Shown here one piece after another: positions 25,602 to 38,135 of a stretch of 64,000 nt of DNA. How positions within the stretch are numbered: the stretch's first letter is position 1; each line of letters starts with the position of its first letter. The notes beneath the pieces are model-generated. The model made no database searches, had not been told where the DNA came from, and was given only the letters and a program-made list of their open reading frames with translations. The translations under genes and the position numbers were made by a program. This stretch comes from Eledone cirrhosa. Lineage: Eukaryota. Where the stretch lies: contig CAXHJY010001301.1 of NCBI GenBank assembly GCA_964016885.1, positions 45,608-109,607 on the forward strand, read 5' to 3'.

Positions 25602-26481
25602 CTAGCAGAAAACCACCCGGTGGTGGTTTTCTGCTAGCAAATCTAGTATATATACTGATATTGTTGAGATTTGGATGAGAAATGTTTTCGGCACCACATG
25701 TTCACCGTCTCTCGGTGTGTCTTTTACGCATGTATAAATATATATGTTATCTATACGGTGAAATCTTTGAAATAAATATATGTTAAAACGAAAAAGGAGA
25801 AAATAAATAACTGGCGGTTAGAAAAAAATATTCCTATGAAATTTTAATCATACCATTAGGTGTGAATAAGGAAATATTTTTTTTATTGTCAAAACAAATG
25901 TTCAAAAGTTAAACTTCAATTTTTTTGAATTATTTCCAATTTTTTCATGAAATTGAACACTGGACATTGGCTGCTGGAAATGGAAATTAAATCGTATTTA
26001 ATTGTATTTAAATTTCTAACCTTATTTTATTATTTATATTTTTCAATAAGAAATAAAAAAAAAACAACGAAAAAAATTGAACAAATCAAACGTAGGTTAT
26101 GGAACTGCACAATCTGATTAATAAATTACCTCATCAGCAGCAACCTTCTTCAAATGGTCCTTATTATCAGCAGCAACAACTACAAATTCAATGACAACCT
26201 TCTTCGCATGGTGTCGAGTCAGAACCGCCTCGAACTGGTTACTTCTGGCTTGTGCAAGGTGTCTCTATAGCAACCAGCGATTCCCTCAGCCTCAGTGACC
26301 AAAGTCAGGGGAGAGGGGAAGGTAATGTTTCTATAGCACGTGTTTTAGCGTCTATTCACTTTCTCTCTCTCCCTCCCGCTATCCCCCTCTCGGTCTGTCA
26401 CTTTCTTTCACTCTCTCTCTACGCACGTGTATCCACTGTCGGACAGACACAGAGAAATTGCTGGTTATATATATAAGTAGA
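25602..26481 (-). mobile_element. Non-autonomous Helitron, type A, fused directly to type B
   Basis: Minus-strand 5' A|TCTACTTATATATATAACCAGC; 3' end is the palindrome ctagcagaaaaccacc...ggtggttttctgctag, abutting the TC of type B; homologous to 48210-49253. Confidence 0.8.
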
Positions 26482-26628
26482 TAAGCTCTCTTGCAATTGA
26501 TTGATCTTTCATCTATGGATATCCTGCATATATATATACACATACACACACATATACACACACTCGCATATACACACACTCATACATATATATATAAATA
26601 CACATGTATATATGTATATATATGTATG

Positions 26629-26659
<31 letters not shown>

Positions 26660-26714
26660 GTATGTGTATATATATGTATGTATGTGTATATATGTATGTA
26701 TGTAGGCACTTCTT

Positions 26715-27095
26715 AACCAAATATACACCCCAATCCACTACCCCTACCTTACCCTATCCTCCCACTCCCACCAACACCACCCTCTCTCTGTAAAGTTGGT
26801 ACCACAACATCCAGTCCAAATAAATGAGATAATGAAATCGTGTAGGTGTCACGAGAAATGTGTAGGTGTCACGCTGTAATGTGGCCGTGTAGGTAACACG
26901 GTAAAAACCTTCCAGTTCCACACTCTAAATGTGGTTGGTGTTAGGAAGGGCATCCAGCTGTAGAAAACCTGCCGGATAGTCCTATATGAGCGAGACACGG
27001 TCACCCGACCAACTTTGCCTCAAGTGGGACAACTCCCGTCTAACCCATGCTAGCGTGGAAGATGGCCGTCAAACGAAGATGATGATGATGATTAT
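26715..27095 (+). mobile_element. RTE LINE 3' UTR with (GAT)n tail
   Basis: Reverse complement of the 14416-14770 tail sequence. Confidence 0.8.
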
Positions 27096-27769
27096 GTATG
27101 TATGAATGTATACATATTATTTGCTGTTGAAATCATAGCTGGATAATGGTTTGTTTTTTTACATTAAGAAATAACTTAGTTTTTCCTTTTTTTCTTTTAT
27201 TTTCTTTTTCTTCTTTTTCTCTTTTTTCTTCCATTTCCTTTTTTTTCTTCTCAATTTTCACTTTTCTTTTTACTCTTTTGACCTATCTATCTTTCTCCTA
27301 CACACTCTGCTTCCTTCTCTCATGCTCTCTCTCTAGATATATCACACAAAACACACATTTATTATTATTATTATTTTCTTTATGAAATCAAAGGAGATAT
27401 CTCCCCACATCACCCCACCATCACACTCCTGTCCCCACCATTTTCCTTGTTACCCCAGAATCTCATTTCAGCAATCTAACTAATAAATCAACTGGTCATT
27501 TTCTGAATCAAACCTAAACTTTCTCTCTGTTCTTCAATGATAACAACAAACAACATTTCATCTACACCACCACCTCGCTCCTCCACCACTTCATTTATAC
27601 CACCACCCTGCTCTCTCTCTGCTTTGCTTCCTCCACCTTTATTTATGACTTTTCTGCTGTATAATGGTTAATATGACCCAGTCTTCACTTCTCATTTGTA
27701 ATTAATATTGCAACTTCAGATAAGCCAGATGTAATGTGACTTGATTCAAAACTATTTTCACAGAGAGAA

Positions 27770-28325
27770 GGCACAAGCATGGCTGTGTGGTTCAGGAGCT
27801 CACTTTGCAACCACTTGGCTTTGGGTACAGTTCCACTGTGTGACCCTTTGGAAAATTGTTTCTACTATAGTCTTGGGTTGACCAATGCTTTGTGAGGGAA
27901 ATTTGGTAGATGGAAACTACAGAAGCCTGTCATATCATCACCATATTATAATATCCATTGTTCCATGCTTGCACAGGTTGGCAGTGTGTCTGTGTGTATA
28001 TATATATTTATATGTATGTATGCCTCTATGTCTGTACATAGGTGTTTGTGCTTCTGACTGTATGTGTGTGTGTGCCTCTGTGTATATATTTGCATGTTGC
28101 TTCATGTCTATGTTTGTATGTATATGTGTGTGTCTATGTGTGTGTGTGTTCCTCCACATCTGTGTATATATGTGTCTGTTTGACTTAGTGGTTCTAGAAA
28201 AAGAGATTAACAAAATATCAGATTTGACAAAAAAAGAGTACTTGGGTCAATATATTTGACTTTAAGGAAGTGTCCCAGCATAGTTGCAGTGACATGACTG
28301 AAACCAGAGAAAGAATAAAAGAATA
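27770..28325 (+). mobile_element. tRNA-derived SINE with internal (TG)n tract
   Basis: Head gcatggctgtgtggtt...cagttccactg, body ggttgaccaatgctttgtgagggaaatttggtagatggaaac, tail tgactgaaaccag...aagaataaaagaa. The tail motif also occurs at 1355-1535, 6085-6170 and 10805-11130. Confidence 0.65.
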
Positions 28326-30404
28326 ATAGACTATAAAGCTACGAGGAAAGATTAGCTGAGTAATTTCAAATGCTTAGCTTTCTGGTGTAATGTAATCCTG
28401 GGATTGGCTTCCCCCACCTTCAGTGGAATTTCAAGAAGTTGTAAACAACAAACTGAACATTTGAGATTGTTTATGGTATTGTAGATGTCTTTTTACTGTT
28501 TTTTAGATGTCTTCTAGTTTTGTTGGATTCATTTCAACTTAACCCCCTTTTAATACAAAACAATCTGAAACCGTCCGAGGTTCGATAATGAAAAAAAAAA
28601 AGACTATTTTAAAATGTATATATTTATCTAAAAACCACCCATGATAATTTTATGTAAGAATTTTTGTTAAATGATGTTCCAAACACCAGCTTAACCCATT
28701 TGATTTAACCCTAAAACCACATACGGTTTTACATTAATAATTAAAAAAACCAACTTTATTTTCAAATGTTTATTTATCTAAAACCTTTCAACATTTTATG
28801 TAAGATTCTTTAAGTTATGTTCCAAACAACAGCTTATCCCTTTTGATACTAAACAACCTGAAACAGACACAGATTTTATGATACAAAACTGTTTATTTTA
28901 AAGTGTTTATATTTATTTAAAAACTTTCTATTACAATTTTAAGAACCTTTACTCTATATTTATTGTATTTTCATGGTAAACATCTTATATAATTATCTCA
29001 CAAAATATTGAATCTGAGATTTTGATATTATTTATTTTGAGAACAATACCTTAACGTAAGTATGAGTGGCCGATTTAAACAGAAAGAGGTGAGAGAATTC
29101 TGGCCGGATACGGCTGGTTTAAATGCTAAAGAGTTAAGTTATGCTCCAAACTTTAGACTTTTGACCTTCTTTGGAAATATGGTAATGAAAGGATTAATCC
29201 TTTTGATACTGAACTGCCTCTGGTTCTATGATCCAATCTAATCCAGGGCTTTCTCACTCCTGTTGGAGGAACCTCCTTGGTTGACCATCACCACTTTATG
29301 CTTGGTTTTGGTTATGTCAGGGGTGTAGCTGTACTCATCATGCTTAGCAAATTGTAGGTTGGTGAGATTATTTAACACATAGTTGGGGTGAAGAGCAGTT
29401 GACTTTGAGGAGTTCATCAGCCCTATTAAGAGCTCTTGTTTTTTGTGCTGCTGGAGTTTCACTTACCCCAGGGTCTGGTGGGGCAGCCGGTTTTCTCACT
29501 GACCATTCGACTATGAAGCAGGTTGTACTAGGTTACATAGTATCAGTAGCAGGCAGATGCCTGACCTGGTTCTATAATACAAAAATATTTACAGTTATTT
29601 AAAATCATTCCAGCTCTATCATAATTAGAAACTTTGTTACACTCCAAACACCAGCTTAATAATGAGAATGTTAGTTGGTTATATTACCAAATCTCTCTGA
29701 TTTGCAATTAACTTTTATAATAATCAAGAATTCAAAGGCAGTGTTCCATTTAAAATATGATAATATGAAGGTTAACCCATTTGATACCAAACTGCTTCAA
29801 ACCATCCCTGGTTCTGTGATACAAATTTATTGTAAAGTGTTTATCATCATCATCATCATTTCATTTTACATCCGCTTTTTCCCTGCTTGCAAGGGTGGGA
29901 CGGGAACTGATTCTGGCTTGATTTCTACAGCTAGATGCCCTTCCTAACACCAACCTCATTTACAGTGAGTGCTGGGTACTTTTTTGCCGTGTCACCTCCA
30001 CGACCACTTTGCAGTGGAATGATAGGGACCCCTGTCCCTATCTTCTCATTTCTACAGCTGAGTAATCTGGAGCAATGTGAAATAAAGTGTCTTGCTCAAG
30101 GAAACAACACATCACCCGGTCTGAGAATTGAACTCACAACCTTTCGATTGCAAGGCCAATACTCTAACCACTAAGCCATGTGTCTCCATATATTTATCTA
30201 AACCCATATCATAATTTTGTGATAGGTAAGAAAAAATATAGGGGAAGAATTGAATCTAGTGCTTGACTGGTACTTTTTTTTATCAACCTTGAATTGATGA
30301 AAAGCAAAGTTTACTTCAGTGGAATTTGAACTCGGAGAGCTGAAATAAATACTGCACAGTATTCTATCTGACATTCTAATGACTCTGCCAATTTGCTACC
30401 TTAA

Positions 30405-30723
30405 CCCTTTAGCATATAAACTGGCCATGTACAACCAACATTTTCTCACCTGTTTCTGTTCAAACCAGCTGTAATCGGCCACTCATATCAATGTTAAGGT
30501 ATTGTTCTCAAAATAAATAATTGTTTCTATTTTAGGCACAAGGCCAGCAATTACCCAGTACATTACTGGTACTTTATTTTATCGACCCCGTAAGGATGAA
30601 AGGCAAAGTTAACCTTGGCGGGAAAAATAAATAATTTCAATATTATGTGAGATAATTATGTTAGATAAAGCCTTTACTGTGAAAATACAATAGTATGTAT
30701 AGAGTAATGTAAATGCTAAAGGG
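30405..30723 (+). mobile_element. piggyBac-type MITE family 2 with nested minus-strand SINE (30520-30621)
   Basis: TTAA at 30401-30404 and 30724-30727; TIR ccctttagcat. The SINE is flanked by an aaaataaataat duplication. Contains a single aatagtatgtat at 30689-30700. Confidence 0.85.
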
Positions 30724-30995
30724 TTAAAACATATATTAAGAGTTTACTCTCCGAAAAGTATGTCTGTGCTGAAGATTAGACCGCCATAGCTAGACCTATT
30801 AATCAAATGATAGGAGACCAACAGAAATTGACACTTGAGACAATATATTTATTTTACTGTGTTTACATAGGTAGAACACTCTTTCCATTTCAAATAATTC
30901 TCAGTAAGTATCAGCCATAGATAGAAATTTAATGTACACTGACTAGTTAGTTCCAATATCTTTGACATATTGATGCAGTTTTGCCAAACACTTAA

Positions 30996-31236
30996 CCCTT
31001 TTGATACCAAACCATCTGAAACTGACCCCACTACTATAATACAGAAATATTTGTTTTAAAGTGTTTATATTTATCTAGAAACTTCTTTAACAACTTCATG
31101 TAATAACCTTTACATTATGTTCCAAACACCAACTTAATGAAAAAGTTAGTTATATTACTTCAAATTCTTGAGTATTTTCAAACTGATTTGAAAATCATAG
31201 GCTGTGTCTTTCATTAGAAATAATGTAACAAAAGGG
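30996..31236 (+). mobile_element. piggyBac-type MITE family 1, complete copy
   Basis: TTAA-CCCTTTTG...CAAAAGGG-TTAA. Confidence 0.85.
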
Positions 31237-32329
31237 TTAATATTTCTATTAATACCAACCTGCCCGAGACTGTTCATTTTAATGTGTTCATATTTAACCC
31301 CTTTGTTACCATATTTCTAATGAAAGGCTGCCTATAATTTTCATGTAATTTTGAAAATAATCAAGGGATTTAATAATATAACTAATTTTCTCATTAATCT
31401 GGTGTTTGAAACTTAAAAGTTCTTACATAAAATGTTGATGGAAAGTTTTTAGAAAGTTATAAACACTTAAAAATAAACAACTTGATACCGAACCACCTGA
31501 AAACACTCCTGGTTCTACATTACTAAGCTTTATTATTTTAAAGTGTTTATATTTGTCTAAAAATCTTCCATCGTAATTTTATGTGAGAACCTTTATGCTC
31601 CAAACACCAACTTCATAATGAGAAAGTTAGGTATATTACTAAATCCCTCCAAATTCTTGGTTATTTTCAAAATAATTTGAATATTAGAGGCAGTGGATTT
31701 CATTAGAAATATGGTTATAAAAAGGTTAATGTGCCTCTTAAAACAAAAGTTTATCATTCTGACTGCAGTATATATTTGAAATATATTGTGTGAGTTCTTC
31801 ATAGTGTTATGCTGTATTGATGACAAGTCTAATTTCACTGATCAAAGAACGATGTCATCAATATCTCATATATTGATAATGTCTATGAATATTAATAATC
31901 ATTAATGAATCCTCTAGGGCAGTTTTCTTTAGAATTCATATAAAAAAGAACACAGTGTGTGTGTGTGTGTGTGTAGAAAATGATGCAGTAAAAAGAGATC
32001 TCTACCAGTTTTTGACGTTGTTACTGTATAAACATGAATTTATATACTCTTGAAAATCTATTATCCTTTTAGATACCAAACTGGCTGAAACTGGCCCTGG
32101 TTTAACAATACACAACTGTTTATTTGAAAGTGTTTATATTTATCTAAAAACCTTCCATCTTAATCTTATGTAAGAACCTTTAAGTTATATTCCAACCACC
32201 AACTTAATGAGAAAGTGAGTTATATTACTAAATCACTCAATTCTTGATTATTTTCAAAATGATTTTAAAACCATAAACAGTCATTAGAAACATGGCAAAG
32301 AAAGAGTTAAAGCTTTGATACTGGCCAAA

Positions 32330-32520
32330 GTGTCAGACATATGACAGTAATTGTTTCTAGAAATCTCTAGCATTAGAAGAGTGTCAGATATGACAACAAT
32401 GGTTTCTAAACATCTCTAGCAGCTTCTAGAAATCCCTAGAAGAGTGTCAGACATGACACAACAATGGTCTCCAGAAATCTCTAACACTAGAAATGTGCCA
32501 GACATATGCCACCAGTATGG
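32330..32520. repeat. Degenerate ~45-60-bp minisatellite
   Basis: agtgtcagacatatgacaacaatggtttctagaaatctctag recurs about four times. Confidence 0.75.
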
Positions 32521-32695
32521 TTACCATCTAAGATATTTGCATGGATTGTTGGGAATGTTCAACACTTTACTTTTACCATATTCCTGATAAGACATTCCCT
32601 ATGTTTTTAAATAATTTAAAAAGTTGTAAAGAGTTTGGAGATATTTCGTAATATCTTTATTAATCTGGTGTTTGGAACATAACTTCACAAAGGTT

Positions 32696-33032
32696 CATCA
32701 TCATCATCACCGTTTTACGTCCATTCTTCCATGCTAGCATGGGTTGAGCAGTGCCAGGTCGAGTGACCTTGTCTTGTTCATACGGAATTGATTTTGGCTT
32801 GATTTCTACAGCTGGATGCTCTTCCTAACTCCAACCTCATTTACAGTGAGTGCTTTTTTACCATGGCATATACATGACCACTTTACAGTGTGAGCTGGGT
32901 GCTTTTTTGTTGTGACACCTCCATGACCACTTTGCAGTGGGAGCATGTTATCTATATGCTTCAGCTTTGGCTTGTACCTGTGGGAAGTCGGGTCTTCTGT
33001 ATTACTGCATGATGCCAGAGGTGACGGTTGAT
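32696..33032 (-). mobile_element. RTE 3' fragment inserted in a family-1 MITE
   Basis: Matches 14887-15225; (GAT)n tail; caaaggtt direct repeat on both sides. Confidence 0.8.
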
Positions 33033-35214
33033 CAAAGGTTTAACAGGTTTGTATTGCAAATCTCGGGATGTTTACAGGTAGTTTGGTATCAAGTGTTATA
33101 GAAATCTCTTTTACACCTATGGTTTATCATTCCAGTCAATAGGATTGTGTGTGTATTCATTTTATTAAGGCTAGATAGTGAGTCTTGTTATTGTGGAGTT
33201 TTGCCTGTTTATCACAGGGTCATATTGTGATGTTCTGGAGAAGAGGATGTTAAAATATAATAGGTGGGTGGGGTAGGAGGAAGAATGTAGAAATGATATC
33301 TTCTGCTGACTGAATTTATTAAGAATCAGTTAATTAGTTTCTCTTTAATGTTTCATTACATAATAATTTGTTAATTAAAAGTTTTAAGACAAGCTTTTAT
33401 TATAGAACAAAGAACAGATACAGGCCTTTTGGTATCAAATACATTAAACGGCAAATATATTTGTTGAATTAAAATTTATATGGAGGTCAATTGGTTTAGT
33501 TTCTTGACAATATTAATGTCCTTTAGACTTCAGAATTTTGTCAAAAACCAGAAACACACTCTGTTATGAATATTTACTTAGAATTGAAAGACAAACAAAC
33601 AAACAAACAAGTCCCTAGATATTTATAAAACTTTTCTAACACAGTTAATCAAACTAGAGTTTTAATGTAACTTGATATTAAACAACAATTTCAGAGAGTA
33701 ACAGTAGAAGAGGTCTACTGATGGGATTTAAACTTTGTATTCATCACTTGTTGGGCATCTGTGTTATTGATTACAAAACAGAACTTTTACCATTTCCTCT
33801 TCTAAAATTTAAGATTGCTTTTTGTTTTTAATCAACCAGGCAAAACAACACAGGAGAACAATACAGTACCATGCAATGATGATATTAGTTTAACATTTGA
33901 TATAATAGGAAAAGGGTCTTAACGTTTCGGACAGTAGTCTGTCATTGGCAGATAAAATGAGAGAGAGAAGAAATACAGACGAGAGTCAGAAAAGGATAGA
34001 AAATAAAGGGGAAACATTTTTCGTAGTTAGTCAGCCGTTTTTAATTGTAGTATTTTATTTATGTGGACACAGCATAGCTGTGTGGTTAAAAAATATACTT
34101 TTTATCATGAGGTTCTGGATTCAATTCCACTTTGTGGCATCTTGGGCAAGTGTTTTTATGATAGCATTGAGTTGTGAAGGTCATGTGGTTAAGGTGTTAG
34201 ACATGAATATAAGGTTTTGGGTTTGAATTTTGGACTGAGTGGCATATTGTGTTCTTAAGCAAGACACTTCATTTCATGTTGCTTTTTTAGATAGGTTTGT
34301 GATTAAAACACCCAAGAACCTTTCTATGAGATATATCATTCAAGGAAGCGTACTAAACCTATATAGGTAGTCTTGAGTTGGCCCCAACCTTGTGACTGAA
34401 ATTGGGTTAATGAAAACTTTTGGAATCCCATCAGATGGCCTGTATCTGTAATTCAAAGGGCCAGTCAAGTTATATACTATGTCCCTCTAAATTGCCCTGA
34501 CAATTATCTTAGAAGTATGTGTGTCTATGGAATACTCAGCCATGAATATAATAAATTTAATAATTTGCTGGTCTGTTGATTGAACAGTTGGAATATTCAT
34601 CTATTTTCCTCATTCTCCCTTCCCTGTCTCTCTCTCTCCAGTTATCCATTCCTTACCTCTTCTATCTCTCCCAATATCTCTCCCTTTCTCCCTCTATCAA
34701 TCCTCCTCTCTCATTATCAACCCCCCTCTCACTATCCCCAATCTTTTGATCAATCCCCCTCTCTATCTCTCTCACTATCACCCCCCCCCCCTCATCCATT
34801 TATTAACCAAATTGATGATTTATCCATCTCTAATAGTCTCCTTATAACTCTAAAAGTCTGAAAGTGTTAAATAAATGAATTCAGTTTGAATGCCATGATC
34901 ATTTGAGAATTCTATATTACTCTAGTAAATTGTCTATATTATGTAAATTGTCTATATTACTCTAGTAAATTGTCTATAGTTTTTAAAAGCTCTATAAAAT
35001 AACTGCCTCTATCATCCTAGTCTATTCTATTGTTTCTTTTCTCTGCTCACTATTTTCATTATTGTTCATCGATTTACAATTGTTTGGCTTGTTACTTTAA
35101 TACTAGAACCAACCCTCTTTCTCAGTTAAGATATTTTAATGTTAAATGGATACTAATTGAAGCGAGCACGGGAAGAAATGCAACTAAAGAGTCCCATTTA
35201 TGATAATAACAGTG

Positions 35215-35330
35215 GCATTGATGATGATGGTGGTCATGATGATGTTGATGGTGGTCATGGTGATGATGGTGGTCATGGTGATGATGGTGGTTATGGTGAT
35301 GATGGTGGTAGTAATGGTGATGATGGTTGC
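35215..35330. repeat. (GAT/GGT) trinucleotide-derived repeat
   Basis: gatgatggtggtcatggt units. Confidence 0.85.
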
Positions 35331-36150
35331 AAAGTGAATTCTTTAGCCACACAGCCATGCCTGTTCCTCTCTATTTTATAGCTACTGTTTGTGGCAGTTT
35401 AAATATGATCATTGAGTAATGATCTGACTCCAATAGTTTCTGGCTTTCATGGATATTACATTGGCAAAAATTTCCAAAATAGAAACTTGTTTTAAACAAA
35501 TTACCAGCACCAATATTTTTATGCCTGTTGTTTGATGTTTGAATGGGTTGGACAGGTCCTCTTCAAAACAGCATCTCACCATTTGTTACATTCAAGGTTC
35601 AGCATCCTGAGATCAACTTCCACTACTTGAGTTGTGGATTCAATTATGTTAATAAAAGACAGTTAAGCCTACAAACTGGACATTGGGTTGTGGGTTCAAT
35701 TTTAGAAGCCAATTAGGCCTACAAACTGGTTCACAACCACCATCACAATGATCGCCATCATTGCTATCATCACCATAATGTTAATGCTTTTTTTTCATAT
35801 TTTTGTCATCACCTTCTGTGAAGTTAAGCATTCTGAGATCAGCTTCCATCATGTCTGCTGAAGTCCACCTTGGCCTTCCACCCTACAGCTTCCTTCCACT
35901 TGGAGCTCCAGATATCATCCATATCACATTACATATCAATCCCAAATGCAGTCTTCTTGTATTGCACACAACATTCAACTTCTTTTATATGTAAATAAGT
36001 AGTGTATAATAGCCAGAACGTCTGTTGGTGATATATAGAGATAGGTAATGCATAGATTTTTTTTTTTGTTGCAACTTTGGATTGATTTGAACTTTTGAAC
36101 AATGGTTAAACATGGGAGGGGGCTACAAATATAGGTCTAAATGCCTGCTG

Positions 36151-36187
<37 letters not shown>

Positions 36188-38135
36188 TGTGTGTGTCTGT
36201 GTGTGTGTCTCGTGTGTATATGTCTGGTGTGTGTATGTGTATGTCTGGTGTCAGTGAGTGTGCAGCTGCCTGCAATTTTCTGCCCAACTCCCCACCAATA
36301 ATACAAATAGAAAGAAAGGAAAGAGGTGGTAATGTTACAAAAGAAATCTCGAGTGTCTTGTGTGGTATTTGGGAAGGAAACTTAGAGGGCTGTGGCTGAG
36401 AATAGATTGATGAGGGTAAAAATGTTTAAACTAGACTTAGGAATACTGAAATGATGGACGAGATATTTTAGTCAACATCTTCAGATAATTTTTAGGTTAG
36501 ATTTGTCAAGCAAGCTAGTTGTTTGCTGATTAAATATTTATTGCTAAATTCCAAGTAATGACCACTACTCACGCCTGTCTGTATGTTTGCCTGTCTGTCA
36601 CTGTGTGTGAGTGTGTATCTGTGTCTCTCTATGTATATTTGTGTTTGACTCACTATGTATTTGTTGTGTGTGTATATAGGGGTGTATTTTTCTTGAGTGT
36701 GTGTGCGCGTTGAATAAATATTGATTAATATGTTTAATCTCACTAACAACATGGATATGAGAAAGGAAGAAAGGTCTGTTTGGAAGCTGAAATAGAAGTT
36801 ACATTTTAGTTAATTTGGTTTAATTTCATTAATTTTTAAGCTAAGTTTTATACATGAATCAATGTATGTATGAATGTACATAGGTACATGTTATATACAG
36901 TATAGGTTAAGAAGTTTGCTTCACAATCATAAGGTCCCAGATTCAATCCTATGTGTGGAATCTTGGGTGTCATTTACCACAGCCTCGGGGAGACCCCATC
37001 CTTGTGGGTGACATTGGGTAGATGGAAACTGTTTGGAAGCCCATCAGTTGGACTGTATGTGTAACTCAAGGACCAGCTTTGTCACACTGAATCTCCCTGA
37101 AAATTATGTTAAGGAATAGACATGTCTGTGGAACACTCACACCAAATTTCCCTCCCAAAGCATTGGTCAACCCAAGTAGCAGCACCAAAACTTGAATCAT
37201 ATATTTATGAAATGAACTTCTTAACCATTCAGCCATGCCTGCATCTATATAATGAAGACATTTTCAAAGATTTTACTAAAATTATTTTATTACAAAGATA
37301 GTAATTTACCATATGGTTTTTATATGAAATCATATTGCAAGATTTTGATTTAAATAGATGGTTTTATTTCATAGAACTAAAGCATGTTTGAAAAAGAAAG
37401 CTGTCTCCCATTCACACACGTATATGTGTGTACATAGCCAGGTGAAGTGACAAAGCTAAAATTTCAGTCACTGTCACTTTTCTACTAAAAAACTGAAATT
37501 TACACTCAACCCACCAGTATTCAGTTCTCATTCAATTAATGTTTGAATGTTTTAAATGATACAATATTTTAGTGTGTGTGTTGCTTACGTTTTGTACTGA
37601 AATAATATTTATCATTAGTGTAATTAAAAACGATGTACTATGTTTTTCAATGTGGAAAAACCATAACTTTTTAATTCATCTAAATTATTTTGTAATGATT
37701 TTTTGGCATCAATTTACTTTGCTAAATATATTTACACATTTAAACTCTTGACATTCTCACTCCAGGTTTTTTATTTTAACCCTCCTGTGACCATATTTCT
37801 AGCTAGAATATATTGTCAGCTGACCTGTCTTGTCTTAGAATATGACAGCTCATCTAATCCATGCAAGCATGGAAAATAAACATAGAATGGTGGTGATGAT
37901 GAAATCTAATATCATCTAGCATGTAATGAGATTTCAGTTCAAGGTTTCAATTTAAATTTGAACACTTTAATAGAGGTGGTTTCAGGTGGGTTGCTGTTTA
38001 AAGGGTTGATTTGTTTGTTTTTTCTTCCTGTTTCCCTCTAACACAACCATTCAAATTCTAGGTGATGTCAATATTTATATATAAAACACAAATATTTACT
38101 TATCTATCTGCATATCTATCTATCTATCTGCATAT

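Noticed and set aside
33916-33955. Minus-strand hammerhead-like ...ccaatga-cagactactgtcc-gaaacgtta
   Set aside because: Core deviates at two positions and stem I does not pair cleanly.
35157-35381. Asp/Gly/His-rich ORF
   Set aside because: Trinucleotide-derived repeat adjoining a SINE remnant; no splice or domain support.
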